Assembly: GCA_012295275.1 (NCBI GenBank)
Contig: CM022666.1
Span: 13,020,001 to 13,084,000 of the forward strand
Origin: Chrysomallon squamiferum
Taxonomy: Eukaryota > Animalia > Mollusca
DNA length: 64,000 nucleotides
Reading direction: 5' to 3'
Part shown: positions 14,399-29,000 of the stretch, piece after piece
Position numbering within the stretch: position 1 is the stretch's first letter
Layout: every line of letters begins with the position of its first letter
Translations under genes and position numbers: made by a program
Notes under the pieces: generated by a model
Told to the model about the DNA's origin: nothing
The model's input: the letters and a program-made list of their open reading frames with translations, nothing else
Database searches by the model: none

Positions 14399-15209
14399 CC
14401 GTATATACTTGTGTACAAGGCGACCTTATGTATAAGTCGATGTGTATTTTAAGACCAAAAATTGCGTCATTTTAGGTATTACTTGTGTATAAGTCGATTG
14501 TAGGTTCCAGGCACCGTCACTATTTTTAGACCAGTGTGATAGTGCCATGAAGGCCTACATTGTACGCCTACTGTAACATAACATGCACAAGCTGTAACTT
14601 GCACGAACATACCATAATAACATAAATGCATGTATTACACGAGCTATAGCCTAAATGTATCATAAATAGTATCTCTTTAATGTAATAGGTCTAACATGGA
14701 GACCTAACTTACCGTTATATTTAGCCGTTCTATGATTTACAAAATTTGTCGGTAGTGGATATTAATGACGATTGCAATATTATTTCACCAAATTCTTTAC
14801 AATTAAACAAGTGAGTTTTGTTTATGAAATTAGGACCGATATTTAGTGCAATTTGGCAGAGAAGTCTGCATTCCTAGATCACTGTAAGACGCCATAAGGC
14901 ATAACGCGCCGTACTGACGGTTTTCTCGCTTTAAAATGTATTTTTATGTCATTAAACGGAAGAATATCATGTTTTACATTCATATTTGGTTTTGTTATTT
15001 AATTTTTCAAAATTTTTTATATGATAAAATTATATTTTTGAAAAGCTGAAAGACTGCGATTATTTTAGATGCATCCTGTAGGAAAAAATAGTCAAAATGG
15101 CGACTCTTCAGCAACAGCTACAAAAGCATTACCTATGTATAAGTCGACCCCCAAAATATTACCTTAATATAGTCTCCCAAAAATTCGACTTACACACAAG
15201 TATATACGG
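14399..15209. mobile_element. Non-autonomous Tc1/mariner-superfamily (Tc2/Kanga-like) DNA transposon (MITE), 811 bp
   Basis: The left TIR CCGTATATACTTGTGTACAAGGCGA matches the right TIR (reverse complement CCGTATATACTTGTGTGTAAGTCGA). TA target duplication lies at 14397-98 and 15210-11. Subterminal TGTATAAGTCGA repeats are present and no transposase ORF is seen. Confidence 0.9.
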
Positions 15210-15422
15210 TAATTCAATTGCATCATTTTTACTATCAATAAAGAAAAAATGTTTTATTTAAATCTCCATTTTGAAATCCTCTGTTACATCTCTTCATTCA
15301 TTATTACAGACACTATAAAGAAAGGGACATTACTGCTATTGCATGATATTATTATTATGTATTTATTTTTTTATTTTTTTATTGTTTAATCTTTTCTTCT
15401 TTTTTTTCTTTTTTGTTTTAAT

Positions 15423-15525
15423 GATTAGCAACAAGGGATCTTTTATGTATACCTGCCCATGGTGGGCAAAAAATATATACCATAGCCTTTTTTAAACCAA
15501 TTGTTTAGGACTAATTGGAATCATA
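15423..15525 (-). mobile_element. SINE core fragment (MetaSINE-like)
   Basis: GATTAGCAACAAGGGATCTTTTATGTATACC resembles a SINE core common in molluscs. Similar degenerate pieces occur near 24980-25140, 41990-42110, 58730-58860 and 63128-63170. Confidence 0.5.
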
Positions 15526-15826
15526 AATAACCTTGTACCTCAGTATGCTCCTTTATCAGTGAATTTAAGGCTATTCATATTTGTATAATGGCATTTATAT
15601 ATTCATTCATTCATTCATTCATTCTTTCTTTCATTCATTATTATTATTATTATTATTAAAATTATTATTATTATTGTTGTTATTTATTTAATTATTTATT
15701 TTATATTCATTTTTTTATTATGTTTGTTTATTTTTTATTATTATTATTATTATTATTATTGTTGTTGTTATTTATTTATTTATTTTTTATTTATTATTTA
15801 TTATTATTATTAATATTATTTATTTA

Positions 15827-15895
<69 letters not shown>

Positions 15896-16175
15896 GTTAT
15901 TATTGTTATTATTATTATTATGTTTTAATATTTTACCTCCCCCTCCATGGTTGAGATTTATTGTTCTTGTAATCTAAAGTTACAAGCTAAATATTTTAAA
16001 ATTAAGATAAGAACAGAACATTGTTATCCCAGCATGAAATAATTTAGAATTAAACTCTGTATGTAGGAGTGGACTATTAAAAGAAATCTTGTTAGAGTGC
16101 ATTTCTACTGATCTTGTTTATACTGGATTTTTCTGTCTGTTACAAATTAAATTAGATGATAGAAAACCAGACAAC

Positions 16176-16211
<36 letters not shown>

Positions 16212-16381
16212 TATGTTATTTTAATTATATTTAATTTTAGTTTTATTATAATTATAAAAATTATATTTATTTAGTTTTGTATCTTTCATTTAATACTATT
16301 AGAATTATTTATTATTTTATTTACTTATATTATTTTTATTATTTCTTTAATTTACTGTTGTTGTTGTCATAATAATTATTA

Positions 16382-16437
<56 letters not shown>

Positions 16438-16812
16438 TTTTAAATTTTTCTTCTTCCTTTTTCCTACTTTTTTTTAAAAATTCTTTTTTCCATATCCTGA
16501 ATCTATTTTATTTTATTTTTTTATTTTTATTTGTTTAATTCCTTCTTCCGTAAAAAAAAAAAAAAAAAAAACAACATTTTTCTTTTTTCTCTTGTTATTT
16601 TAACAGAAGACAAGTTTTCAAAAACATTTCTAAATGCGTCTGTATTTATAAATAGCTGAAAGCAAAAATATCTTCTTCCTCTGAATTTAATTCCCATCAT
16701 GTTCAAGGCTGATGGGTTTTTTATCTGTATTATATTTTAAATCAATACAGCATCAGAGACAATTCATACAGTATATGAAATGAATTTGTGGAAAAGCATT
16801 GTGTTTATGTGT

Positions 16813-16859
<47 letters not shown>

Positions 16860-17169
16860 GTTGGTGTGTGTGGGGGGTGTATTTGTGTGTGTGTGAGGAT
16901 GGGTGGGTGTATGTGGGTGTGGAATGTGGATGTATGGGTGTGGGTGTACATGTGTATACAAGAGGGTATATGTTGTGTTGTGTCTTTGAATGTGTGTGCA
17001 TACTTATTGTGTAAGTGGGTGTTATCTGTTGTGTGTGTGTGTGTGTGTGCATGTTTGTTGGCTGTGTATATATATTGTGTGTGTGTGCAGATGTTTGTCT
17101 TTGGCTGTGTTTGTGCAATTGTATGTGCATGAGTTTGTTTTTGTGTGTTCTTTTCATATTTGTTGTTTT

Positions 17170-17220
<51 letters not shown>

Positions 17221-18923
17221 CCCTTTTGTTTTTCTGCATTAAGGGTTAATCTACATTTAAAATATGAAATAAACAGTTAAAATATACTTCTGAGTCTGGT
17301 TTTCTGATAATTCCAATTCTCTGATATCAGAAAACGTTGTTTAATATGTGAAATATAGTAAATTAACTAAAGTTTAGTATCAAAAACAGGTATTTACTTT
17401 GTTTTAGATATCAGTAGAAACATGAGTAAATAAATAAATAAATTATATAACATATGGAAGTGTAACCCATGCTAGAATAGTGTTAGTATTTTCATAAAGT
17501 ATTGTTAGTTTTATTAACATAGCTATAAATGTATTAGATCATGTTTCAGGCTTCCAGATAACTGGCTTTAGAAATGTATAAATTTATATCTATTAAATAC
17601 AGGTTTTTTCTTTACCTTGTATTCTCTGTAGTATATATTAAGAAATGCATGTCACCTCTGGCCTAATCTTGTCAGATAAATGATCTGATATAGTATATAT
17701 TTTATTTTGAAAAACAGATAGAGAAATACTGTACATGAATTGAATAAATAAACAGGTTATTTTGTACGGAGCAGCCTGATCTAATTGTAATACTTCAGCA
17801 AACTTTTAACAGTTGGATCATCAAACAACAGCCCATGCAGATGAAAATGACCTCTGTGTCAACTGTGAATCACAAATTACTGTCTCCTGTTAAAAACTTG
17901 ATGTAACTGTTAGCAGAGATGGGAAAGTTTTATCCACAAAAAAAAAAACCAACAAATAATAATTAAAAAATAAAAATCATGACAAATACAAAATAGTTTC
18001 TTTGACAGTCAGTTTTGTCACTGGACACAAAATGTTTAAAGATTCATGACAACATAATATTAATTTTACTTCTGAAAATCATATAAAAATTCAGAATAAT
18101 TGCCAATGGCAATGGAATTTTTATCTTTATGTTATTATACATTTTTTGTACCCTCACCCTGAAGATGTTGTGGATCTTGAATTGCAGAAGCTGGTGCTTC
18201 TAATAATACTATTTGGAGTTTTAACCAGTTAAGGATATTTTTGCAGTTTACTCAGTCCTGGTCAGATTTCCCATTCCAAATGGGACTCATCAAAGTTCAT
18301 GGTATATGCTATCCTTCTGTGAAAAGTTTTGTACAAAAGATTGTTTGCTTCTAACCAATAACTGCAACAGATGTGTGACTTTATATATATATACACACAC
18401 ATATTTGTCAGTGTCAGCATTAAAATGCTGGAATGTAATTACTGTCACTGTTTACAAAAGATACTGCAGGTTTATATTTAACTTTAACTACATTTTCACT
18501 GAAATAAAACACACTTCTAAAACATCCAGTTTCTTCAGTTTTTGATGTTTTCTCATTATTTTTTCATTTATTTATTTATTTATTTTTTAATACAAAGCTA
18601 AATTTGCCTAGTTTAACATGATACAGTAATAAAATACAAATTATTTGGATTATGTAAAGAATTATAAATTAATCTGGATGTAAAGGAGTGATATTATACA
18701 TTCATGGCTTTAGGCTGTATGCTGGTAGGAAAGTTTTTATTTGTGCATGGTGACGTGTAATGTACATTTAGGTTAATTTCGTGACAAATAATTATTCTAA
18801 ATGGTTTTTTTTAAATTTGTGTATCTTCTGTTGGGACTGATATTAAATGTTTAAATATTAAATTTTAGGTTTTTGTTTTTTTCTATTAACAATAATTAAT
18901 AAAAATTAAAATATAATCCAAAT

Positions 18924-18954
<31 letters not shown>

Positions 18955-19098
18955 CATGATGATGATGATGATGATGATGAGTATAAGAATAATAACAATA
19001 ACAATGATAACAGTAAGAAGTAGAAGATGAAACAGAATGAAACAGAAGTAAAATTATCTTTAACAAAGTTAACCAAAACACCAAATGTTTGATAAATT

Positions 19099-20559
19099 TT
19101 AATCAACTTTATCTTTATAAACAAAGAGAGCAATAAATTTCAGACCAATATGACCAATTTTTATAAATATGAGAAACAGCAGCAATACAACAAAATACTG
19201 TAATGTGTCCTTGACAACCATGAACAGTTCGGAATCATCATCTATAGTCTTCACCTCCAGGCAAAATCCTTCCTCTTTCAACATACTCAGCTTTGAGGGC
19301 ATTCCTTTAACAACTAGTGTACAGACAATGTAGGATGTTGCAGGTTTCAGTGATTTTATTGTGTATTTCAAAGTATCAAGATTAACAGAATAATATTTTC
19401 TTTCATCTTTGTGTCCGAATGGATGAATTTTAATAAGAACAAGATCAGAACTTCTTATTTTGACGTCATTCAATTTCCATTCAACAGTCAGATAATCTGC
19501 ACCTATCACGTTAATTGTTGCATTCAAACCTTTCAAAATGAATTTGTTATCTTTCTCCTGATTGGTTGTATCATGTGAATCTGAACAAATGAAGTTTTTG
19601 TCTGGTAAAGAGTTCCAATCTTTGTTGTGCAATGACTTGGGAGTGATACAAACAGGAACAAACATACTAACATTAACATCCAGGAATTTTAGCTGGTATT
19701 TTTTAGTGTCATAAAATTCTTTTAGCCAAAGAAGTTCGCAGTCACAGTGGAATGGATTCTGACCTATGAGAAACACATCATGTGGATATATGTCATTCTT
19801 CTGATCTTCTGACACTCTCACAATTTCATTCTGGGAAATATCAAACCATTCCATAATTGGCAGCTTTTCTGGAACAGAAGTTATCTGGTTACCAGCCAGA
19901 GACAAATACTTCAGGTCATGAAAATCAAAAAATGTTCCACTTTCCACAGTTTTTATCCCGTTTCTTGAAAGGTCTAAATATTTCAACTTTTTAAAAGAAG
20001 AAAATGCATGTGCGTCAATATTTTCTAATTTATTGTTTGTTAACTTCAGATAAGCAACACTGCATTCACCATCTTTAGGATTACTGATGACATTTTTGAT
20101 TTTGTTATTGTTTAAAAATAATGTTCTGAGATTCTGAAGATAACAAATCGTGCTCACATTAAATACAGTTATTTGATTATGATTTAATTTAAGAACAGTG
20201 AGATGTGGAGGAAGACTGTCTGGTATTTCTGTTAACAGGTTGTTTGAGAAATTAAGAGCTGTAACAGTCCTTGGCAGGTCTGGGACATTTCTAACAGGAT
20301 TGTGACTCACATCCAAAACTTCAATTTTTGAAAAACGTTTCATTGCAATATTATCTATTTCTTTTAGATCGTTGAAGCTAAGATTTAAAACTTTTACTGT
20401 CAAATGTAAATCATTTGGAACAGAGGAAAGATGACTTCCTGTACAAGAAACTGACTTCCACTGATTTTTATCTCCATCGCAGACGCAGCCCATGGGGCAT
20501 TGGGTGTTGGCAGTAATCAGTGTCTGTGTCAGAACAATGAATAAGCAAATGAGACCCAT
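19099..20559 (-). CDS. Leucine-rich-repeat / fibronectin type III single-pass membrane protein (vasorin/LRRN4/FLRT-like architecture), 486 aa, single coding exon
   Basis: Signal peptide (MGLICLFIVLTQTLITA), LRRNT (CPMGCVC..VSC), multiple LxxLxLxxN repeats, LRRCT (NPFHCDCELLWL..C), FN3-like motif (LTVEW..YTIKSLKPATSYIVC) and a C-terminal hydrophobic helix. A TTTCAG acceptor lies at 20586 just upstream of the ATG, and a probable 5'UTR exon donor (GG|GTAAGT) at 22405. Confidence 0.9.
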   Translation of the reverse strand: MGLICLFIVLTQTLITANTQCPMGCVCDGDKNQWKSVSCTGSHLSSVPNDLHLTVKVLNLSFNDLKEIDNIAMKRFSKIEVLDVSHNPVRNVPDLPRTVTALNFSNNLLTEIPDSLPPHLTVLKLNHNQITVFNVSTICYLQNLRTLFLNNNKIKNVISNPKDGECSVAYLKLTNNKLENIDAHAFSSFKKLKYLDLSRNGIKTVESGTFFDFHDLKYLSLAGNQITSVPEKLPIMEWFDISQNEIVRVSEDQKNDIYPHDVFLIGQNPFHCDCELLWLKEFYDTKKYQLKFLDVNVSMFVPVCITPKSLHNKDWNSLPDKNFICSDSHDTTNQEKDNKFILKGLNATINVIGADYLTVEWKLNDVKIRSSDLVLIKIHPFGHKDERKYYSVNLDTLKYTIKSLKPATSYIVCTLVVKGMPSKLSMLKEEGFCLEVKTIDDDSELFMVVKDTLQYFVVLLLFLIFIKIGHIGLKFIALFVYKDKVD

Positions 20560-22405
20560 GAAATATCTGACTCAGAATAGTTCACCTGAAATCATTAATA
20601 ATTTATTTTAATACAATTATACATACATACTTAAACACACATGCATGCACACACAAATACATTCATAATGAAGAGGCACACATACACACACTTAAACATA
20701 CATACAAGTATACAAACATACATACACATACACAAATGTACACTTGTTGTCTGCTATTGAAATAAGACCATGTAAGTTCTCTCCCTTTACTTGCAACAAA
20801 ATTTTGAACAGGGCTTAAAAATTCCAAGCACTTTTAAATCAAATATTTTAGTCTTTTGATATATGTCATCTATAATTTAATCAACACATCTATCTGTTTA
20901 CAATAACTTTATCAAATCAATTCTGTAATAAATAAACATTTTAAATATTTACTCTCATAACATATGCAACATCTTTCTCTGACGGAATGACAAAGTTCTT
21001 GGATGAGCATACTAATCAGAAATACAATAATCGATGTAGATCAAAACCCTCCTTAAAATAAAGCACATATAACTGGGACAAGTAAGGAATTAGAACAAGT
21101 AGAAAGAGCATACTGAGGAGAAATGATCCTACAGTGAACTGTTCCCCAAATGAGATATGCTTCCTGCTTGACAGTGCAGTGTCACTCAGGTATTTAGTTT
21201 ACAAATATTTGAATTTTCTTTCTGGTGAAAATTTGGAGTAATATTTACATGCTGTTTTTATTAGCTAGTAGTCTCAATTGGTTTTCTTATGTCAGAGAGA
21301 GAGAGAGAGAGAGAGAGAGGTTTGAAAATTGTAAATACTGAACTCCTCTAGTGAAAGTTAAAATAAATGAAATTAGGTAGCTACTGTAAACTGATCTATT
21401 GTAAATCATATATAAACGTTGACAGTCTGTACTTCAAATTACAAAATTTACCCTACTTTACCTTAATGAAACTGATTGTAAGGACATATTAAATTTGCAT
21501 CATCACAGGAATGATGCAATGTCGAAACTAAAATCCTAATTATCTAAAAGTTGTGACCTTCTTTAGTCAGTCTCACTCAAATTTAATAGAGCATGATACT
21601 AATGGTATGGAAATGAGTTATCCTTTATTTATCAGAATAAATTGGGATTGGGCATTTTGTAGTTCTAAGGAAAAGTAATACATGAAAATGTCACATTATT
21701 GCAAAAATATACAGGGTTGTTGTTGTTTTTATTATTTTTAGTTACACACACACATACACATTTTATGTTATATATATTTCTTTTCTTTTTTTTTTTTCAT
21801 CTTCTTATTATATCTTCTATATCACAGTTCACTTTCATTTTATATTTCTATAACTTTAATAATGTATATGACATTAAAATGTCCTCCTTTCTTGTACTAT
21901 AGTATACGTCATTGCCAAAAATTAGTTAAAAATGAATAAAATCCATAATAGCTCATTTAAGGGATTTAGTTAATGTTACTAGTGTTGAAAATTTGTATAC
22001 ACTTTTGTCTGATCATTTTCATTCATTTTGTTCCGTATCACGTTGTTGTATTACCGTAGACGGTAGTGCAAGGAGGGTAGTCGAGCATAATATCAGTTCA
22101 TAGCAAGCTGAAATTTTCCTCTCTCTCTCTCTTAAATGCTTCATTTAAGTTGTCGATATTTATCATGTAGTCATGAACGTTAAAACATCAATGAGACTTT
22201 GGAAAGTCTAACATAATTAAGGATATTTATTTAAAAAACAAAAAAAACAACAAAATGGAATCCTGATTCAGCACGATATTTTCAGCTAAATGTAAAACAC
22301 TATATTCGTTGCTTATACAAGGATAAATATGTCACGCTGAAGCTTCACTCTGATTTAAAGAATCAGTTAAAAATCAAGAATAAATTCACATCTTCTGGCA
22401 CTTAC

Positions 22406-23075
22406 CCAATGCCAAATTACTATTGTTGTCAAATACGAACTTCCCCGATAGTGAAGGGTTCTATATATAGATATCATCCGGGTTTTTCTTATGACACCTG
22501 TAATATTATATCAGTTTTTATTTTCATAAGCAGTTTATTGTCTGTGATTACCTAAATCAAAACTAAGACAGCACCACAATTAAATATTTGGTATTTGTAC
22601 AACCAAACAATCGAACATGCACAAAGGAAACTACCTCAATAAAAAGTGCCGATGCCTTTTGAAAGGAGGCAACATTAACAAAACAATTATTATTTGTCGT
22701 CATCATGAAATAAATGTAATTTTACTGTAGCTAAAAAAATTCTGTGCATTGGTATCAATAATATACCATTGTTAATTCAGCTAGTCATATAAAATTAATT
22801 TATTTTTGCAATGCAATGAGTGCATAAAAACAATCATATATGTATATTAAGTTACAAAAATAACATCTCCCCCTTTCTTCACTACCAGCCAATGAAAACT
22901 TCAATGGCGATGAGGTCACGTGCTCAGTGTTCGTGGCGTGCTCGAAGTGTTCCAAGAGCAGACAGTCGATGTGCGCCATTGTTAAAGGGAAGGGGATTGT
23001 CGGTCCTCCCGATATAATGCGCCGTTTCTCGCGGCCGGTGACTAGAATTGACTTTAAAAGTGATATGAGAAAATA
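22406..23075. promoter_or_regulatory. Probable bidirectional promoter between the LRR gene and INTS6
   Basis: Divergent genes; locally CpG-enriched; CCAAT box (AGCCAATG, about 22887); ATGGCG (YY1-like) and TGAGGTCACGTG (E-box/NR half-site) at about 22904-22922. Confidence 0.6.
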
Positions 23076-26000
23076 ATGACGATCATATTATTTCTAATTG
23101 ACACTAGTGCGTCCATGAATCAACGCACATTTATGGGGACAAGTCTCATGGATGTTGCGAAAGCCGCAGTAGAAACATTTATGAAGGTAAACTAAAAGAT
23201 GCGGAGTCATGAATTGAACATGATCGATTTTGTACCATAACATTAATGGCCACTGATGAAGCCACTACATCTAAAATATTTATTTTATTTCTTTTATTCA
23301 GATAAGATCCCGCGATCCCAATAGCCGATGGGACAGATATATGCTTCTGACATTCGAAGATCCACCAGCTAATGTCAAGGTAAAAATCCGTAATGGGCAA
23401 CTTGTATCCCTTATTTTTTCGTCTGAAATTTTAATAATGATCGTTGCTATAGCCGTTTTTATATGTAACGAATATCCAAAGGTTGTATAAATGCCATGTG
23501 TGGCATAAATATGCGGATCCTGTTATTTCCGACTTCACGTCCGCCATTTCCCTATTCTCTGACGATGAGGATTGTGGGAATGCTAAGCAACCAGGTCTCA
23601 TTAACATATTCAAATTAGACCATTTTGGGCGGATCCAGTTGTTGGAACTGTAAAGGAAATACCGTTGAAGTGTTTATTAGCTTTTTGTTGCAACTTTTTA
23701 GCCCTTATCTGAAACCATATTTTGTAATAAAAATGAGATGCGTTAAAAAAAATAGGTTGAAGAACTTTGTTGTTCAGGGGGGAAGTAGCTTTCAACAACG
23801 CAAATGTTAAGGGAAAAAAATTGACCTTCGTTCGTTCGTTCGTATCACACAATTCACAGCATTACTGTTCGATTACAAAACCATGTTCATGTCGTACGAA
23901 TGCAGAATGTTATGCAATAACTTTAATTATTTGTTTTATATAATTCATAGCAGTTGAATATAACTTAATCCTTGTATAAGATAGTTTACATTTGTATTAT
24001 TATTTACAAAGGTGCTTTCAGCGGACTGTATGTGTATCTAGAAAAAACAACAAATTTGTTTGTATTTAAATAGAAGCATGATAAGTCAATATTATCAATA
24101 AACTGACTGCTGCCTGCAGGATAAAAATCCTCCTTAGAGATCAGAGTTTCTAAAACTATTTCAAATTATTCATCTTCAATTCATAGTTTAAAAAACGTCC
24201 TTTGCCAAAACTAAATACCTTTGTGTTTTTGTTGATTAAGATCCTATATCCCCAAGTATTATTCATCCTTCAATGAATCATTCATCAGTTTAATGAGCTA
24301 TGCCTTAACTGTGCTGATATAAACACATTTAAACATGTTTGAGTTACTGTAAGATACTTTTGACGTTGATCAGTCTTTGTTATTAATAAAGCTACAGAAT
24401 TATTTCAACTAGGTCATTTTTTTTCCCCCCACTGCAACTGTTATATCTGTAATACAGTTGTATTGTTTCTGTTATTTGACATTATAGTCTTTTTGTAGGT
24501 CAACTTTTATTTTTCTTCCCCAGTTAGTTACTTCCAAAAATATATAAAATTATAAGCATTAGGTATGTTGATAATTCACTGAGAATGTGTCTGCTTCCTA
24601 AAAGCCCAACATATCTGTACACTGAAAGAAACGCTGTAATTCTTAACACAACAAGAAATGTGAACCCATTGAAACTCTACTATGTAACAATCTAACGACA
24701 GTATAGAATATTCTGTACTATGGATACCTGCTTTAAAATATCATCCAGTCACTCTGAAAAAGAAACACTTTCCAACATCACATAACAGGGCAAAGTATGA
24801 AATATTAAATAACATAAGTACAGTAAAAAAACAATCAAAAAAATATTTATTTTTGAATCACAAAAAATGCAGGTCTGAAAGAGTTAATAATCATTACGAA
24901 ACGTGTGTTATATTTTTCTTGTATTAATAATTTAATATAAAAAGAAGCATGCTGCATATGTTACTCTGTCAAACTCAGACATCTTTTTATATGGTCCTTC
25001 CCACAGAGAAGTCTCCTTTCAGGATCTTTAGTAAGCTGGTCATGAGGCACTGGTTAGAATGGGAAATAAGTCCAGGTGCTTACTGTTAATGATTGATCAG
25101 TAATTCAACATTTCTTGGTCTAACCACCACTGATATGCATCTCACTAATTTAATATAAGAGAAAAAAAAAAAATGTATAGTGTGTGTTTGTGTGCCTGTT
25201 AAAGATTGTAGAATATATTTATATAAAGTTAATACCTTGTATGTTTTGTTCTAGGCTGGATGGAAAGAAAGTCACGCGACATTTATTTCTGAGTTGAAGA
25301 ATCTGCACGGCAGCTCTTTATCCATGATGGGTCCTGCCATCAAGAATGCTTTTGATCTTCTCAACATCAACCGAATGCAATCTGGTATTGACACCTATGG
25401 TCAGGTAAAAATAATATTAGTTGTAAAAAAAAAACCTGTTTAAAAGTAATGAACGTTGTTGACCAAAGTCTAGCCTGTTAGGATGTGAGCGAGAGGGGTC
25501 CTGGTTGACATACTGGGTTATTTCTTATTGCTGTTGAAAAAACAGATTGTATGATAATGTGCATTCCTACCTAAGATATGGTGCATATCAATGATCACTT
25601 ACTGCTAATTCAGAAAAAAGCCTGGAATAATCTCAAAACATAGGTTAGAGACGAACTGTTTTGTTTAATTACTTCATATCATTAAAATGTTTGCTTAATT
25701 GTTATTTTCAAATTTTAATTTTATTAAACAGTTTTTTAACTGTTATATTAAAATTAAAAGTTGAATGTTTTTTTTATCTCTTAATACACAGGTCAGGTTA
25801 ATTATAAATCATTTCATTTAGATATTTGATATTGTCAAAATTTTGCTTAAATTTTATTACAGTTTTTTAACAGTGATATAAAATATAAATATAAACAGTG
25901 AGTTAAATAAATTATAGATGATTTTTTTTTACTTGAATGATAAAAAATAGAATTTGAAAAAAATCTCTATCATTTCTTACTTTTCAAAAATTGATTGGTA

Positions 26001-29000
26001 AAAATTTGTTCAGATACTTGATATTGTTAAATGTGTGCTTGAAATATATTTTAAATTTCTTGTAAGAATTATATAAAATAAATAATTGTTAATTGTTTTC
26101 CCTTGTATTGTTAAAACTGAAACTAATTTTGTAATTTTTATTTCAAAGGGTCGTAGTCCCTTCTATCTTGAACCAGCTGTGATAATAGTGATAACTGATG
26201 GAGGGTACTTAACTACCAGCAATGGTGTTCATCCAGAGGTAAGTTTTACAAGAATTTTTATTATTTATTTATTATTCTAAATTAAATTATTTTAAGATAA
26301 GATATATGGTTAAACTTGCATTTTATTCATTTCTGTAGTGGTAGTTACTTGTTTTCACTTATTTCTTAATATAACTGTTACTTAATTAACAGATAGGCAA
26401 TTTTTTTAATTTTTAAATCGTCCAATAAACAACATGTCTGTCAAAACACAGAACTGCAGTCATTCAAAAGATGAAAGTCATAAAAATAATTTTAAAATAT
26501 TACATACTTTTGTTATTAGTAAATAGATAAATAGATAGCTTTAGTGGCAGAAAAATATTTTTAAAAATTTCTGTGCTCTCACCTGTGCAGTAATGTAGGA
26601 ACAGACATTAATGATTAAACATTGCATCATTGATTTTTCCTATCTTCTGATTTCTCTTGATAATTAACAGCATGTTAAAATCATTTGTTTAAATGGGAAT
26701 TTAATTACAAATTACTGTAAGGAATCTGTAACCAAAAGCTTTATAACAAAATAATGGCGTATCAGGTAGTGAAAGTTCTTATTATTGTTACAAACATCTG
26801 CTTTATTTTCTTAACTGTAAACTACTTCAGTCAGTGTGTTAGAGGTTTTCCAGTTTAAGTTAATTTTAGCTGTTCTGTGCATGTGTGAACGGAGTTGACT
26901 CTGTTTTCAGCTCAACCTGCCAATGAACAACGTTGTACCAGGCACTGAGTTGACAAAAGAACCATTCCGCTGGGATCAGCGAATTTTCAGCCTTGTTTTG
27001 AGATTACCAGGCACCGTCCCACCAGAAACACCATTCACATTTATCCCCAACGCTGAAACTCACCCCATTGATGCCATGTGTGAAGTTACAGGAGGTATTT
27101 AGTGTTCAACTCTTTCCTTTGTGCTGGAATTATTTAGGCTTACTTGTTTTGTTGTTGCTGCTGGGGTTTTTTACTGGAGAAGAAGAATTGTTTGTTCATT
27201 ATTAAACTGTTTTATTCATTCCCCTAAGGTATTAGGTATAGGTTTATCTTTAAAAAAAAAATTATAGTTATATTTATTTTTGTGTTTAAAGTATTATGCA
27301 GATTATCTGATTGGTTTTATGTTGTTAGGTATACCATTCATTAAAAAAAAAAAAAAAGGACTACAGAATAATAAATAAAAGTTGTGCATTTCTCCATGAT
27401 TAGGAAATAAATTAAACCATTTTATTTTAAGCTTTATTTTTATTTTTATTATTATTTCATTCTATTTACTTTTAAGAATTTTTTTAAATTTTAATTTAAA
27501 TTTATCCCTTGTTTCATTTAATAAAATATTTTTTGCAGTTACAGGAAATTCATAAATCTAATTCATTCTTTCAGGCAGGTCCTATGCTATATTTACACAG
27601 AAAATGTTGAATGCAGCACTCGAATCTCTAGTACAGAAAGTTCAAAGTGGTGTGGTGATAAACTTTGAAAAAATAGGAAGTGACCCACCTCCTTTGGCAG
27701 ATAACTTCAGTGCTGATTCTAATGGAAATTTAAAAGGTTTGTGATTTCTAAAATATAAACTAAATTATTTTTTTTAGCAGTCCATATAATATTTTATAAA
27801 ATCAACATTACAAGATTTGTCATTGGTTAAGAATATATCAAATATTTGAAAACTTAGTTATCAATCTTTATATAAATATTTTTAAAAAATCATCATTACA
27901 AGGTTTATGATTTCTGAAATATTTATCTAACTTTTAAAATTAGGTTATCAATCTTTATAAATATTTTATAAATATTTTACAAGATTTGTGATTTCTGGAA
28001 TAGATCTCTAATAATCTTTTTGGACCGACAGATATCACTTTATTATAAACATTTTATAGACTCCTAGCACAGTTCTGTATTAATAAATATTCCTGCACAT
28101 TAATTTTGCAATCGCATTCAATTCAATATTTTTTTTTTCTTAATTAAAACTGAATTCTTCTCATTCTTACAGAAAATCAGGACATCAACAAGCCAATTGT
28201 GAATGAGAAAGAACCATCCATCATGGAAGAGAAAAAGAATTTGCAGCAACAGCAACAACAGCAGACAAATTCACAAAACCTTGCCTGGCAGAACTGTCGA
28301 CGTCTGATCTACGTGCCTCGGTCAGCGCAGAAGGGCTACTCTGTTGGCCACTGGCCAATACCTGAAGGATACTGGCCTGATCCTAGTAGTCCAACTCTAG
28401 TAAGTGTTTTAAAATAAGCCTAGTAATATATGTATTGTTAAATAAACCTAGTATTGTAGATAAGTGAAAGATTTTAAATAAGCCTAGTAATGTAGATATG
28501 TGAAAGATTTTATTTTCAATGTAGGCATCATTTTTATATTCTACTTTCAAATACCAAAAACTGGTTTAAGACTGAAAAATTATCAGACTGCTTTTTATAC
28601 TTAATTGTTTTACTACATTTTATTTTTACCACTGTTTTGACTGAAATTTTACATAGTAACTGATTGGTGTGTATGTGCATGCATGTGAGACATGGAAACA
28701 GACAGAATTAAAAAAAAAAAATATATATATATATATTTCATTAATAACTAAAATGTTATTTAATAGATTTCAAAAGAATATATTTTTCAAATGCTTAACT
28801 ATGCATGACATAGCTAACAAAGAAATTAGAAATTCATTTAGTTTAAATCAAGCAAAATTATTGATAATAATCATATTTTGTTTGTAATGTATGTATGTAC
28901 ATCTATGAAGCACTGTTAGTTTGAATATTTAATTGGACTTAGGCATATTTTATGGCCAGGAAATGTTGATGATTGTCAAATAACTACAGTGATGATGTTT

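Noticed and set aside
18261-18300. Minus-strand TTGATGA-GTCCCATT-TGG-AATGGGA-AATC resembling a hammerhead ribozyme core
   Set aside because: The core deviates from CUGAUGA...GAAA and I cannot find stems I and III; at most a degenerate relic.
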